A stretch of DNA of 64,000 bases from Barthelona sp. PCE. Lineage: Eukaryota. A program made the position numbers and the translations under genes. The notes below the pieces were generated by a model. The model saw nothing but the letters and a program-made list of their open reading frames with translations. It was not told where the DNA came from and ran no database searches. The stretch is taken from the NCBI GenBank assembly GCA_040285745.1, contig JAUFOR010000001.1:124001-188000 (forward strand), given 5' to 3'. Positions 45,001-53,674 of this stretch are shown here, piece after piece. Numbering within the stretch: the stretch's first letter is position 1; every line of letters starts with the position of its first letter.

Positions 45001-46263
45001 GGGATTGTAAGTGAAGACACAAATGTAGCACTCAAGAAGCCAACCGATGAATCTTCTTCTATCAAAACCCTGAAATACATGCGAGACTTTGAGAGCAGGT
45101 ACCAGCGCCGTAACCGATGGCGAGAAAAGCCCGCTGCCATTGATCCATCAGTTATTCATTCTACGATTGCTGTGATGTCAGGGAAGGCTCCCAAAACTCC
45201 TGAGAAGGTTGAACCCACAAGGGAGGAAAACAGAAAAGACGTGTTGGCTAAGTTTAAACCGCCAACGCCTCCAGCACCGAAAATCATTAAGAAACAAAAG
45301 CGAAGAAATAGCAAGCTGAAGAATCGTCGTAAAAACGGATCACGCCGAAGTTCAAAGAGTAAGCAGGGCATGCCACCGGTTGGGAAACCCAAGACAGAGG
45401 TTGAATTGCCGGAGGCGAGTGTGATTACAACACTTGCTACTGTAACACCTGCACCAATTGGGACAGCATCTGTCACACCTAACGGGGTTGATAACGTCAA
45501 GAGCGAGGCAGACGCTGAGGTTGAGGCGATGCTTGCAAAGATGGAAAATGATAGCTTCTATGATTCGAACCCCGGAACTCCAGCAACTGTTACCAAGTTC
45601 ATCAGTGCGACAAATAGTCTGGATGACATCGCTCTTACTGAAGGGAGCGTCGTGAAGACGAAGGAACGACGCATGTCGAACAGTATCAGTGAGTTTAAGT
45701 CAAGTTCGAGTACAAGAGGTAATAGTGTCAACGGACAGTATTATGAGAACAAAGAGTTCATGGTTGAAGAAACTGATAACAGTGATGGATTTAGTGAAGT
45801 TTCTGATGTTCCCAAGGTGGGACTTTCTTCAGGAAAAATTGATAAACAGTACGCTGGAATCACTGGCAAGAAAGATACTAGAAGAAGTAGTAATTATTTT
45901 GTTGGGGAGGCGCCCAAGGAGCTGAAGGAAGACGTTGAGAGGCGCAAGCAGAATGAAAGAGCGCTTAAATATGCTTCTTTTGGAACTGGAGTCGAGCAGA
46001 AAAAAGATCGCCGATCTTTGCTCATCAAACGTCCTGAGTTGAAGAAACATAGCATTTCAGGCAGGAGGCATGTCCGAAACGTCCAGTCATCCGTGCTTCT
46101 ACCGTCTCCGCGACGTCTTACAGTCAAGAGCAACAAGTCCTTCACATCCAGTGCATATGAAATGAAGGACAATATTGAGGCAGAAACAGGAAAGAACCCT
46201 TACGAATTGGTCAACAGGAGCGCTTTTTCATTCCCGCTCATATCATCAGAATCAGAAATGTAA
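42049..46263 (+). CDS. WD40-repeat protein with a long disordered Ser/Lys-rich C-terminus (possibly WDR87/WDR97-like)
   Basis: About 700 aa of WD-like repeats (FVGFATGMIRVY, IFGMADGSMQV, HSAPIDTI...VSVDETGFVVIWD, LLVAYRNGVVLVFN) followed by a low-complexity tail. Confidence 0.7.
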   Translation: MNRNNRVALPFGLIRRKNYGEHGEQASTLFCVRKILPTRFCLIIQDDKGLLRYHEDDLELRWLNFPASLGQSTSNVSFDGLWLDDIQMFVFSMANLSLTFWNYDFTKLYTMSHMNSFVLSMGYRSATHELFCGTRNGLFVYKLPSLSNNSLLRGFTADDVQDGEVIKLVSSFDNVYGNSEISGWIRLILVAEGTPCMVVCVLPSDILIYIYRTEYDEDQTYEQTGVTLITQDISEVEDPAELLIRITQQTRVSSNVQSRPTKVKWTHQSEIIYHRHIKNVHKNIVKVLKHRSNDWFVSIGDMSLKVTSVLGQVVIEYSLPSHPTTLCFHERDDNICFVGFATGMIRVYHLRITHYLIDFRHPAGIVDMKCVTNVHDDIDLVVATSTDVTLFNVTELMSFQWHLELPARTLFNQNGRLFMLVSGFVVFSCDMMEDNSITDKQRVVLGHDYFIRSIYPHPNEPLIYVLTAHDLLILSDELRCIARWQDVQAECAVVLAQDLHTAAGVFNEKIIDLSVALIFGMADGSMQVCHPTTGEQLLLLHKHSAPIDTIIEVPVGETSCVSVDETGFVVIWDDFLHVYCQIRLPARHTVVYSFLSTIIIGLETGAFIVIDVTKLQRTQHDAIELKPLDVWHPSSPIVSIDSIREGKYLLVAYRNGVVLVFNIEHWSVLRHFKIPEVLDNACFCADYGPNSGRIAVSWRDCLFLLDSGVIDAMDEPYQHSSTSQSIESGYLHGAHSDKIGSTTSNNSRSTKLMEQIFGSSEEKNEVPGVILDTVPGDSIEDILRSLFGKVGLTDKDLPLNLNPYLEYIHDRKRGFRRKKADVPGATAELMEIFEDDETDDSFISFENGPPQITLIEKSESEILKEGAKKLGLNVLELAEEYTNLVFSRPTSPSTRSSNMSASLGKHIFAARIAQIGAISETDEDVLSLESASPLSLVSCASPVYRTDSPNCFAPIGAQSSSALSGVPPGSSVFRSATSSLRPVSGIVSEDTNVALKKPTDESSSIKTLKYMRDFESRYQRRNRWREKPAAIDPSVIHSTIAVMSGKAPKTPEKVEPTREENRKDVLAKFKPPTPPAPKIIKKQKRRNSKLKNRRKNGSRRSSKSKQGMPPVGKPKTEVELPEASVITTLATVTPAPIGTASVTPNGVDNVKSEADAEVEAMLAKMENDSFYDSNPGTPATVTKFISATNSLDDIALTEGSVVKTKERRMSNSISEFKSSSSTRGNSVNGQYYENKEFMVEETDNSDGFSEVSDVPKVGLSSGKIDKQYAGITGKKDTRRSSNYFVGEAPKELKEDVERRKQNERALKYASFGTGVEQKKDRRSLLIKRPELKKHSISGRRHVRNVQSSVLLPSPRRLTVKSNKSFTSSAYEMKDNIEAETGKNPYELVNRSAFSFPLISSESEM

Positions 46264-46277
46264 ATATTTAACCACTT

Positions 46278-47387
46278 TTACAAAATTCCAGCGTATTCTG
46301 CCAATTCATCATCTTCTAGCGCAATGTTAGACATCCTTGAATCTACCCTTACATCTTTTATGGAAGTTTTTAAGTTCTTCTGAAAAGGGTACTGAATCTT
46401 CTTCCTCTCAATAGATGTTAAATTCTTTTTTTCTTTCTTAGTGATGCTTTCCATCTCTCTGCGGAGCGAGTGTGACATGTGAGATCGTTTTAAAGCACCA
46501 TATGAAACGTTGCGTTTTTCTCTTCGAGCTAATCTTTCCGTTAGTGCCCGTTGCTCCTTCACAGGTACTTTAGATAATTTGAGTGAAGGAACGCTCAGCT
46601 TCTTCTTTGGAGGCATCTTTTTTAAAGGAGTTTTCTTTTGTGGAGCACTTAATGATCTTCCACTGATGAAATTATCGAGACTGGGAGAAAAATTCGATTT
46701 CTTCTTCTTCTGTTTCATTGGTTTTGTCTTTCTTAAAACAGGTTTACGATGTGTACTGGGACGCCGACTGGATAATGGCACTAGACCTAACAAAGAAGAA
46801 ACATCTTCCCTTTTCTCCCTCTTCGCAAAACTACGGTACTTTTTCAACTTGCCTTTCAGCTTTTCCTCATCGTTAATATAGTAGTAAACCATAGCTTCGC
46901 CCCGCGCTACATCCTTGGAACTGTTGCTCTTTTCCAACAGATGCCTGAATTCTGTAGGTAGTGATGTAGCCATTTCGATGTCTTCCTCCTGATTCAGCAT
47001 GAAGAACTCCTCCAAGCTCACTGATGTGGAACTCCTTGAAGTGCTGATCACAATAGAGATTGGATCATTCTGAATCCTCAACGTTGAAGGATCTTTTGCC
47101 TTAAGAACATGCTCAGTAATGAGCGATGAGTTAGATGGCACCCGCTTCTCCTCTTTCTTTGGTGGTTCAAAAGGGGATACAAACTGCCGAACTGAAAGAA
47201 GAGTGTTTTCCTGTTCCATACTCTCCTCAGCCTGTGGACTCGTCGCTTGAACCTTTTCTGGTGATTTTCGCTGCCTGTTTACCCTTGGAGATTTCAAATC
47301 GTGTGACTTACTAATTATGCCTGCTGGCATATTATTTAACGGTTTCAATGCTCCGTTTGAAGAAAGAAACAGCTGATTCAATTGCAT
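46278..47387 (-). CDS. Hypothetical basic, low-complexity protein
   Basis: 369-aa ATG ORF rich in K/R/S, filling the space between its neighbours. Confidence 0.65.
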   Translation of the reverse strand: MQLNQLFLSSNGALKPLNNMPAGIISKSHDLKSPRVNRQRKSPEKVQATSPQAEESMEQENTLLSVRQFVSPFEPPKKEEKRVPSNSSLITEHVLKAKDPSTLRIQNDPISIVISTSRSSTSVSLEEFFMLNQEEDIEMATSLPTEFRHLLEKSNSSKDVARGEAMVYYYINDEEKLKGKLKKYRSFAKREKREDVSSLLGLVPLSSRRPSTHRKPVLRKTKPMKQKKKKSNFSPSLDNFISGRSLSAPQKKTPLKKMPPKKKLSVPSLKLSKVPVKEQRALTERLARREKRNVSYGALKRSHMSHSLRREMESITKKEKKNLTSIERKKIQYPFQKNLKTSIKDVRVDSRMSNIALEDDELAEYAGIL

Positions 47388-47453
47388 ATAACCATACTTA
47401 GATCACAAAAATTCCGATATGCATCAAAAAAAGTAAAACAAAAAAAAAAATGT

Positions 47454-48155
47454 TTATTCAGCTTCTTCTAAGTAATCCTGAATCTCCTCGGGGGTCAGAA
47501 TGGATACAACACCATCACTTTTTACCACAGCAAGTTCAATATTATCTTTAGTTATGAGACCATTGTGTACCTCCTTTAAACACTCAATAGTAAGTGTGAT
47601 ACACTCTTCAAGTCCCAATGTGTCGGTGTATCTCTTCTCCAGGAACGATGTGACATTCTCACGACCTTTACCAATACCGGCAGCTTTCCAGCTGTAATAT
47701 GAACCGCTAGGATCGATCTGATACATCCTGGAGCCAGTTTCATCGAATCCGACGATGAAGACGCATACGCCGAACGGTCTCACACCTCCCTTTTGTGTAT
47801 ATTCTTGCATAACACCAGCCATATGTGATGCGACTCTCTCGATAGGCATTAAATCATTGTAACGGTAAAAATACTCTGCTGCCTTCTTCCTTGTGTTCTT
47901 GAGCAGTCCACGGAAGTCTGCAACAATGCCTGAAAAGATAGCTATACAGTTATCTGAAATTTTTCCAAGTCGTGTAATGGTTGATGCATCAATGAGGGGT
48001 GTACTCAGCACCTTCTCGGCGCCTACAACGACTCCCTCATGACAGGTTAAACCTACACATGAACTAGAGTTCTCAGCAGCCTTGAAAGCATGATCTACTT
48101 GTGTTAATCGACCTGATGAGCTGAAAGTGGACAAACTAAAGTTAAAATCACTCAT
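47454..48155 (-). CDS. PSMA2: 20S proteasome subunit alpha type 2
   Basis: FSLSTFSSSGRLTQVDHA, MQEYTQKGGVRPFGV, YQIDPSGSYYSWKA..IGK, FLEKRY, LTPEEIQDYL. Confidence 0.96.
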   Translation of the reverse strand: MSDFNFSLSTFSSSGRLTQVDHAFKAAENSSSCVGLTCHEGVVVGAEKVLSTPLIDASTITRLGKISDNCIAIFSGIVADFRGLLKNTRKKAAEYFYRYNDLMPIERVASHMAGVMQEYTQKGGVRPFGVCVFIVGFDETGSRMYQIDPSGSYYSWKAAGIGKGRENVTSFLEKRYTDTLGLEECITLTIECLKEVHNGLITKDNIELAVVKSDGVVSILTPEEIQDYLEEAE

Positions 48156-48284
48156 TTAAATCCCACAAAAACTAAAAAACTGTTAAAAGGAAAAGAAATA
48201 GAATTACAAGAAGAAATGCACTAAAATGCTATTGTCATCCTGTTCACCGCATACACAAACCGTATTCCCGAAGCTTTACGATAA

Positions 48285-50000
48285 ATGAAAACCACAAACT
48301 TTGCAGTAGAATGTTATACCATTCATCATCCTTTTCGAGTTCGGCATATTGTTTTTACACGAACGCAAACGAACCGCATGATCTCGCCAAGTGATTTTGA
48401 TTCTTCCCATTCGGAATCTGAGAAAAATGAGCAGGAAGAACGCTTATTGGAAACTCCGCGTGAACGAACGTTCTTAGACTCGCCCAGAGTGATGAATGAC
48501 CTTGAAAGCGACGAGGAGGAAAAGCTATTTAACACAACTGAGATTGGCGCACCTTACCCATGGGAACAACCTTTAAAACCTTTTAAATCTCGTATTACTG
48601 ATCCCAACTCACAGTATTATAACCAAGTACCCAGCGAAACAGCACGAAGGGCATTCAAGAAGGTTGTTTATGGAGTCCGGCCTTCAAAAAATATTGTTTC
48701 AATTCTTCAAGCATTTGGATGTGTACCTCCTTCGACCAGAGAATCCAAAACTTCGAAGTGCTACCACTGCAACTTCACAAACAGCCTTCAGAAGAAGCTT
48801 TCTTCGAATCATTTGAGTATATTAAGCCCAGCCTTAACGAATCAAAGAGAGATTGTTGGTATGAAGCATTTTTCTTTCTGCATTGAGTTAAAGAAGTGCA
48901 AGGACATCCCGCACCCGGCCGAAAATAGTTTGTGTATTCATAGATATGTTCGTTTAACATTGTGGGATACAGTCAATGATGAACCTCTGAGCAATATTTT
49001 TGAAATTCCAGCAAACAGGGATCCAACATGTGACAACTGGTTGTTCGATAACCAATCTCATAATAACCCAATCTATGTATTTTGTAACTTGAATGGTTGT
49101 CGTCGCGGTGGCACTATTGTTTTGGTATGTGAGGTAGGCTTTACCCTTCAATTTTTGAACCAAAAACGCGTAGTCACACAGGACGATCAGGGTAACGTGC
49201 AATATGACCTGGAAAGCGAGGATATAGATGCTTTTAATGCAGGTAAGACTGTCACATATACTGTAGGGCATTACAACATTCCGCTGGTTGATCTTTCGAG
49301 TATTGCTGAGAATGCGGTTGCCCCAATAGTAGAAGAGACTCTTATATACAATAACATAAGTGGAAGTCACTCAGAGCATCTTTTAGGTGGAGATATTACT
49401 GAGAAGGACACAGTAGAGGTGCTTGAAAAGCTTGATAACGCCATGATGCCTCATAAGAAGCGGAGATGGATGGGTCTACGGGCGCCTACAGCACCGAACC
49501 CCAGACTTGTGTACAAAATAACACGTGTTCCCACCAGGCACGCTGAGAGATACAAGATGCTGCCCAGTAACTTTATTTCCAACCCAGGAGTGTGCCTCAT
49601 GTCAGCAATGCATCAAATATCTTGTGCGAAGTGTCACCCAACATACTCCCGCCTTTCTAACCGACGTATTTTTGACCCCATCGCTCTGCTACCACGTCTA
49701 ATTGATGTGCCAGATATCCGTACGCGCCTCAGTAAGGTGTTTGAGACAGAGTATCTTACGTTACGGCGAAGAGCTAACGATAATAGTGCTGTTATCGAAC
49801 TGGTGAGGGAATTATGTGCAAAATTTAATGTGTTCCTCAACGCAACGACTGTTCCAGAATACGATGTACGAAAACCAGAGAGGTTGGCTCGAGCAAAGAC
49901 TTTTAATGACTGTGCAAATTTCTTACCCAATTTACATACTCAAAAGATGAGTACAAATAATCCAAAACCATTTTCAATAACAGAAATGATCTTTGAGTAA
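48285..50000 (+). CDS. NPHP1: Nephrocystin-1-like ciliary transition-zone protein (C2-like C-terminal region; no SH3 seen)
   Basis: 'CKDIPHP....IHRYVRLTLWD....LSNIFEIPA.....WLF', 'MLPSNFI', 'LPRLIDVPDI' and terminal 'KPFSITE' resemble the NPHP1 conserved blocks. An alternative start at ATG 48378 is possible. Confidence 0.7.
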   Translation: MKTTNFAVECYTIHHPFRVRHIVFTRTQTNRMISPSDFDSSHSESEKNEQEERLLETPRERTFLDSPRVMNDLESDEEEKLFNTTEIGAPYPWEQPLKPFKSRITDPNSQYYNQVPSETARRAFKKVVYGVRPSKNIVSILQAFGCVPPSTRESKTSKCYHCNFTNSLQKKLSSNHLSILSPALTNQREIVGMKHFSFCIELKKCKDIPHPAENSLCIHRYVRLTLWDTVNDEPLSNIFEIPANRDPTCDNWLFDNQSHNNPIYVFCNLNGCRRGGTIVLVCEVGFTLQFLNQKRVVTQDDQGNVQYDLESEDIDAFNAGKTVTYTVGHYNIPLVDLSSIAENAVAPIVEETLIYNNISGSHSEHLLGGDITEKDTVEVLEKLDNAMMPHKKRRWMGLRAPTAPNPRLVYKITRVPTRHAERYKMLPSNFISNPGVCLMSAMHQISCAKCHPTYSRLSNRRIFDPIALLPRLIDVPDIRTRLSKVFETEYLTLRRRANDNSAVIELVRELCAKFNVFLNATTVPEYDVRKPERLARAKTFNDCANFLPNLHTQKMSTNNPKPFSITEMIFE

Positions 50001-50013
50001 ACATAAACACGTT

Positions 50014-52284
50014 TTATTTTTTGTTAAAGGAAAACAATTCCTCTTGTCCGATATCCTTTGCCTCTATATTGAATGTTTCCTGTGACGCAAATGCACTGAA
50101 AGATGGAACACTCTCTACTGCAAATAAGCGAGACGGTTCAGGCGACGAGATGGGAGTCAAACCTGGTGGATATCGTCCGTCCTCAGAGGGAATTGACAAT
50201 GTGGTGGAGCTGTCCGACGGTGGGATCAGCGGTGGCGGTGATGAAGACGGGGTGTTGCCCTGCGACATAGTCCCGTTCATAATCATTCTTTTGAACTTTG
50301 GATCAACAATCATGGGATCCTCAAGCTCTTCCAACACGTCACTGTCCTCCTCCGTCTCAAGGATGGTGCCTGGGCGCCCTGTGAAGCGCATCTCAAGCCT
50401 GTTAAGGATCGTTGTCATATCAACATACTTGAGTCCCAGAATTACATCACAACGCGTAACTGCAACCTTGTCAAGCTGCGGTTCATGTATTGGCGGGGGG
50501 ATGCGGTTTCTACGGAACAGTTTGCTGACAAAGATAAAGGGGATGAACTTCCTTGGTAGGAATCCTGTTTCTATAACTACAGGTGGAGGTAGCTCAAGTT
50601 GCATAAAATCGTGCCCGATGCACACCTGCATCTTGTGCACGTGCTCGTTCTGAGAATATTTAACCGTCATTGTCTGAACAAAATATCGAGTATTGGTCGT
50701 CGACAACACTGAACCCAAGGTTGATGAAGATGATTCAGTCCTACGCTTAGAAAAATCATTGAACCGCTCCCCTGCATGGGTCTCTAGCGTGGTGTTGTAC
50801 GGCGCTATCAAATCAGAACTATTAATACACATCATCGTCATGGGGTGTTCGCCAAAATAACCCACCATAGATAGTGCGTACTGTGTCGGTGGCAGAACAC
50901 GAACATGCGAGTAGCGGACTGGATCCCACGTCATCGCGTAAGGGAAGTCATTCATATTACGATGAACAAAATCACCGTCGTTAAGCCCGATACCACTCAC
51001 CATATCACGCAGCCGAACACTTCGTGTGAAAAGACGGGTTCCGTATGAATCGGACTCGCGATGCCCGCCCTGCAAGCAAGGATTCAACCGGAGACCGAAC
51101 GTTAAACTGCAGTCCCTGAGCGGCATGAACTGAACAAACACGTGATCAACACATCCTGCAACCACTTCAAACGTCAACATGTCAGCGCTGACGGTAACGT
51201 TGGGGCGGGGGTATTCCTTCCCTTTGTGTGAGAAAAGGGGAAACGTCATGAATGACGTGAATGGTGTCGATATAATACCAGCTGAAATTATTGGGCGATC
51301 AAAAATCTCACTAACAATCGTCCTATATCCGTTTGTTATCTCAAACACCCTTCGCCCACCAACGTTACTCATTGTGCCGTGCACTGCAAAGAGATACCCA
51401 TGCTTGAACAAGTCAAGATTTAGATCAGCGGCGAAATCCAAAGTAGACTCGCCCGCACAGAACGGAATATCCGGTGCCTGAACCAACCTTCTGAGGATAG
51501 GTCTATTATCAGCACTCTTTAAATCGAACTGATAAAGGAGTATCCAGTCATCTTTGACCCAACGCTCCCTGTAATCATAAGTACCATCGGAACTGACTGT
51601 TCTTCGTAGATGAAAAATTACACGATGTTTATCCTCCGGGCTGTTCCATGAGGATTGTTGGTCATCGATAGCGCTGTTTATAACAACATCTGATACATCA
51701 ATTGATGTTTCATCGAAATCACACTTGAGTTCATTAACGAAATCACATTTCGACGCTTCGATTGACAATAGGTTCCAAACAATCTGAGAATTGACAAGAT
51801 GAATAACCTCTCCAACGTTTTCATTGTCTACTATGGTACCCAAATCGAATTTTTGAGAAAAATCTGCAACAAACGCCAAGAAATCATCCTTAGAGATGTT
51901 GGTCCTCTTTGTCCAGCCCACGTCGATCTGCTCTAGCAGAACATAAAGTGTAGAAAGTGAAAAACAACGCTGAGAAGTAATTGACAACAAACACTGTAAT
52001 GACCAAAGGAAACGAGGTTCAATCGCGTCGCTTTTGAACGTGATGTTGCGTAGGTACCGTGAAGCAAATTTTGTAAAGGTATTGAACGTATGCTTCAAAA
52101 AACTACATGTACAGCGAGTTTCCGTAAATGTGGCCTTCGCTGGAATGAGGCTTTCTGCGTTTGGTTGAGGATTATCGGTATCTCTAAGATGTAAATAAAG
52201 ACAGTTATCAGAAAACCCGCATTGATTCATCAGACCGAGGTTCTGACAAATTCTTTTAGGTAAAATTCCCTTGTTGGTTGGCAT
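50014..52284 (-). CDS. Hypothetical protein with an N-terminal CCCH-type zinc finger and a Ser/Pro-rich tail
   Basis: ICQNLGLMNQCGFSDNCLYLH is C-x8-C-x5-C-x3-H. The rest of the 756-aa ORF is unrecognised. Confidence 0.65.
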   Translation of the reverse strand: MPTNKGILPKRICQNLGLMNQCGFSDNCLYLHLRDTDNPQPNAESLIPAKATFTETRCTCSFLKHTFNTFTKFASRYLRNITFKSDAIEPRFLWSLQCLLSITSQRCFSLSTLYVLLEQIDVGWTKRTNISKDDFLAFVADFSQKFDLGTIVDNENVGEVIHLVNSQIVWNLLSIEASKCDFVNELKCDFDETSIDVSDVVINSAIDDQQSSWNSPEDKHRVIFHLRRTVSSDGTYDYRERWVKDDWILLYQFDLKSADNRPILRRLVQAPDIPFCAGESTLDFAADLNLDLFKHGYLFAVHGTMSNVGGRRVFEITNGYRTIVSEIFDRPIISAGIISTPFTSFMTFPLFSHKGKEYPRPNVTVSADMLTFEVVAGCVDHVFVQFMPLRDCSLTFGLRLNPCLQGGHRESDSYGTRLFTRSVRLRDMVSGIGLNDGDFVHRNMNDFPYAMTWDPVRYSHVRVLPPTQYALSMVGYFGEHPMTMMCINSSDLIAPYNTTLETHAGERFNDFSKRRTESSSSTLGSVLSTTNTRYFVQTMTVKYSQNEHVHKMQVCIGHDFMQLELPPPVVIETGFLPRKFIPFIFVSKLFRRNRIPPPIHEPQLDKVAVTRCDVILGLKYVDMTTILNRLEMRFTGRPGTILETEEDSDVLEELEDPMIVDPKFKRMIMNGTMSQGNTPSSSPPPLIPPSDSSTTLSIPSEDGRYPPGLTPISSPEPSRLFAVESVPSFSAFASQETFNIEAKDIGQEELFSFNKK

Positions 52285-52520
52285 GAGATCAAAAAAGTGT
52301 GTTCTTCATGCACCTAAAAAAGCGAGAATAGAGTTAATAAATATAACACTATGGAAGTTCGTTACGCTGAAATTGTTCCCAACATACGATTCTAAAACCG
52401 TTTCAACGTTGCCTGAATGCCTAGCCATGCGTCTATTGAAACCAGTTAGAAGAATGTTGTTTTTAGTTTTAATTCCGTTTTTTCACAACAAATCCTTTGT
52501 ACAGGAATTCAAAAACACGA

Positions 52521-53234
52521 ATGAATCTCATTATCGAGAATATTTGGTGGGCTTATGCAGCTTATGTGGGAATATTCACAGTTTATCTTATTCTAGTATT
52601 TTTAGCGGTTAAACTGTCGTCAATTAAGCACTTTGGGCGCAAACTCACACACATTGGTTCAGGAACAATCATGGTTCTTTGTGCCCGTTTACATTACACT
52701 AGCAAATTCCAATGGAGGCTTTTACTAGCATCTGTTCCATTTGGATCATCCCTTCTGATCCTTGGTATGGTCACTAAGATCATCAAATTCCCTCTATTCC
52801 AACGTATCATGTCAAGGGAGAATGGTCTTCACGATCTTATTCGTGGTCCTCTTATTTATGGTTTTTGTATGGGAATAGCAGCTCTTTTCTTCATTAATGA
52901 CATTGCTGGTTTACTTTCTGTTGCCGTACTGTGTTTTGGAGATGGATTCGCTGAAATTTTTGGTTCAAATTTGGGGAAAAAGAAATGGTGGTTTTCAGAA
53001 AAGAAAAGTTATGTAGGAACTATTGCATTCGCTGTTTGTTCTGTTCTAGGTTCAATGTTCTTTTTATGGTATTTTAACAGTAATTTAACGTTAACAACTC
53101 TCTGGAAGCTTGCTGCTGTCGCTGTCATAAGTGGTGTTATTGAAATATTTGATCCCAAGGGGTTTGACAATGCTTCTGTGTATCTTAGCGGCTTACTTTT
53201 TGGACATATTTTCTTCGGAACAGAATTCTTTTAG
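52521..53234 (+). CDS. CTP-dependent phytol/farnesol/dolichol kinase family membrane protein
   Basis: RKLTHIGSG, MSRE...L.RGPLIYG, GDGFAEIFG..LG..K, KKSYVGTIAF and DNASV match the VTE5/FOLK-type cytidylyltransferase-family kinases. Confidence 0.88.
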   Translation: MNLIIENIWWAYAAYVGIFTVYLILVFLAVKLSSIKHFGRKLTHIGSGTIMVLCARLHYTSKFQWRLLLASVPFGSSLLILGMVTKIIKFPLFQRIMSRENGLHDLIRGPLIYGFCMGIAALFFINDIAGLLSVAVLCFGDGFAEIFGSNLGKKKWWFSEKKSYVGTIAFAVCSVLGSMFFLWYFNSNLTLTTLWKLAAVAVISGVIEIFDPKGFDNASVYLSGLLFGHIFFGTEFF

Positions 53235-53354
53235 TTTTCTAAATCAAATCTATCGTGTAAATGTATATCTAACATCGATCAATACCACATGAACTGCTTA
53301 AAAATATGTAAATCACAACTATTACTGTTTTCGAATTTCTTTCCATTTTCAACG

Positions 53355-53648
53355 ATGGGCAACAGAGTTTCAAATATACTCAAGAGGAGGGCACCGGCTG
53401 ATCCGATTGCGATGACAGAAAAACACACAATACACAAAGACGATACAAACGCAAACGGTTTTATCGTTCACTCTCGTTTTGAGCAATTACATTCCAGGGA
53501 CACCGTTGACAATGGCAATTCAGCACTCAGGGCAGACCCAGCTTTGTTGAGAATCCGTTCAAAAAACAGCGAAACTGTTTATGTTGTTTCTCGCAACTCT
53601 TACGTACCACCCCCAAAGATTTCAGATTCCAACTTCCTTGATATATGA
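53355..53648 (+). CDS. Small hypothetical protein with a putative N-myristoylation motif
   Basis: MGNRVS (MGxxxS) followed by basic KRR. An upstream ATG at 53289 is also in frame. Confidence 0.5.
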   Translation: MGNRVSNILKRRAPADPIAMTEKHTIHKDDTNANGFIVHSRFEQLHSRDTVDNGNSALRADPALLRIRSKNSETVYVVSRNSYVPPPKISDSNFLDI

Positions 53649-53674
53649 TAATTCATAAGTTTTATTAAAAATGA

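Noticed and set aside
50021-50653. 210-aa antisense ORF
   Set aside because: Mirror of the Ser/Pro-rich tail of the minus-strand gene, with a non-ATG start.
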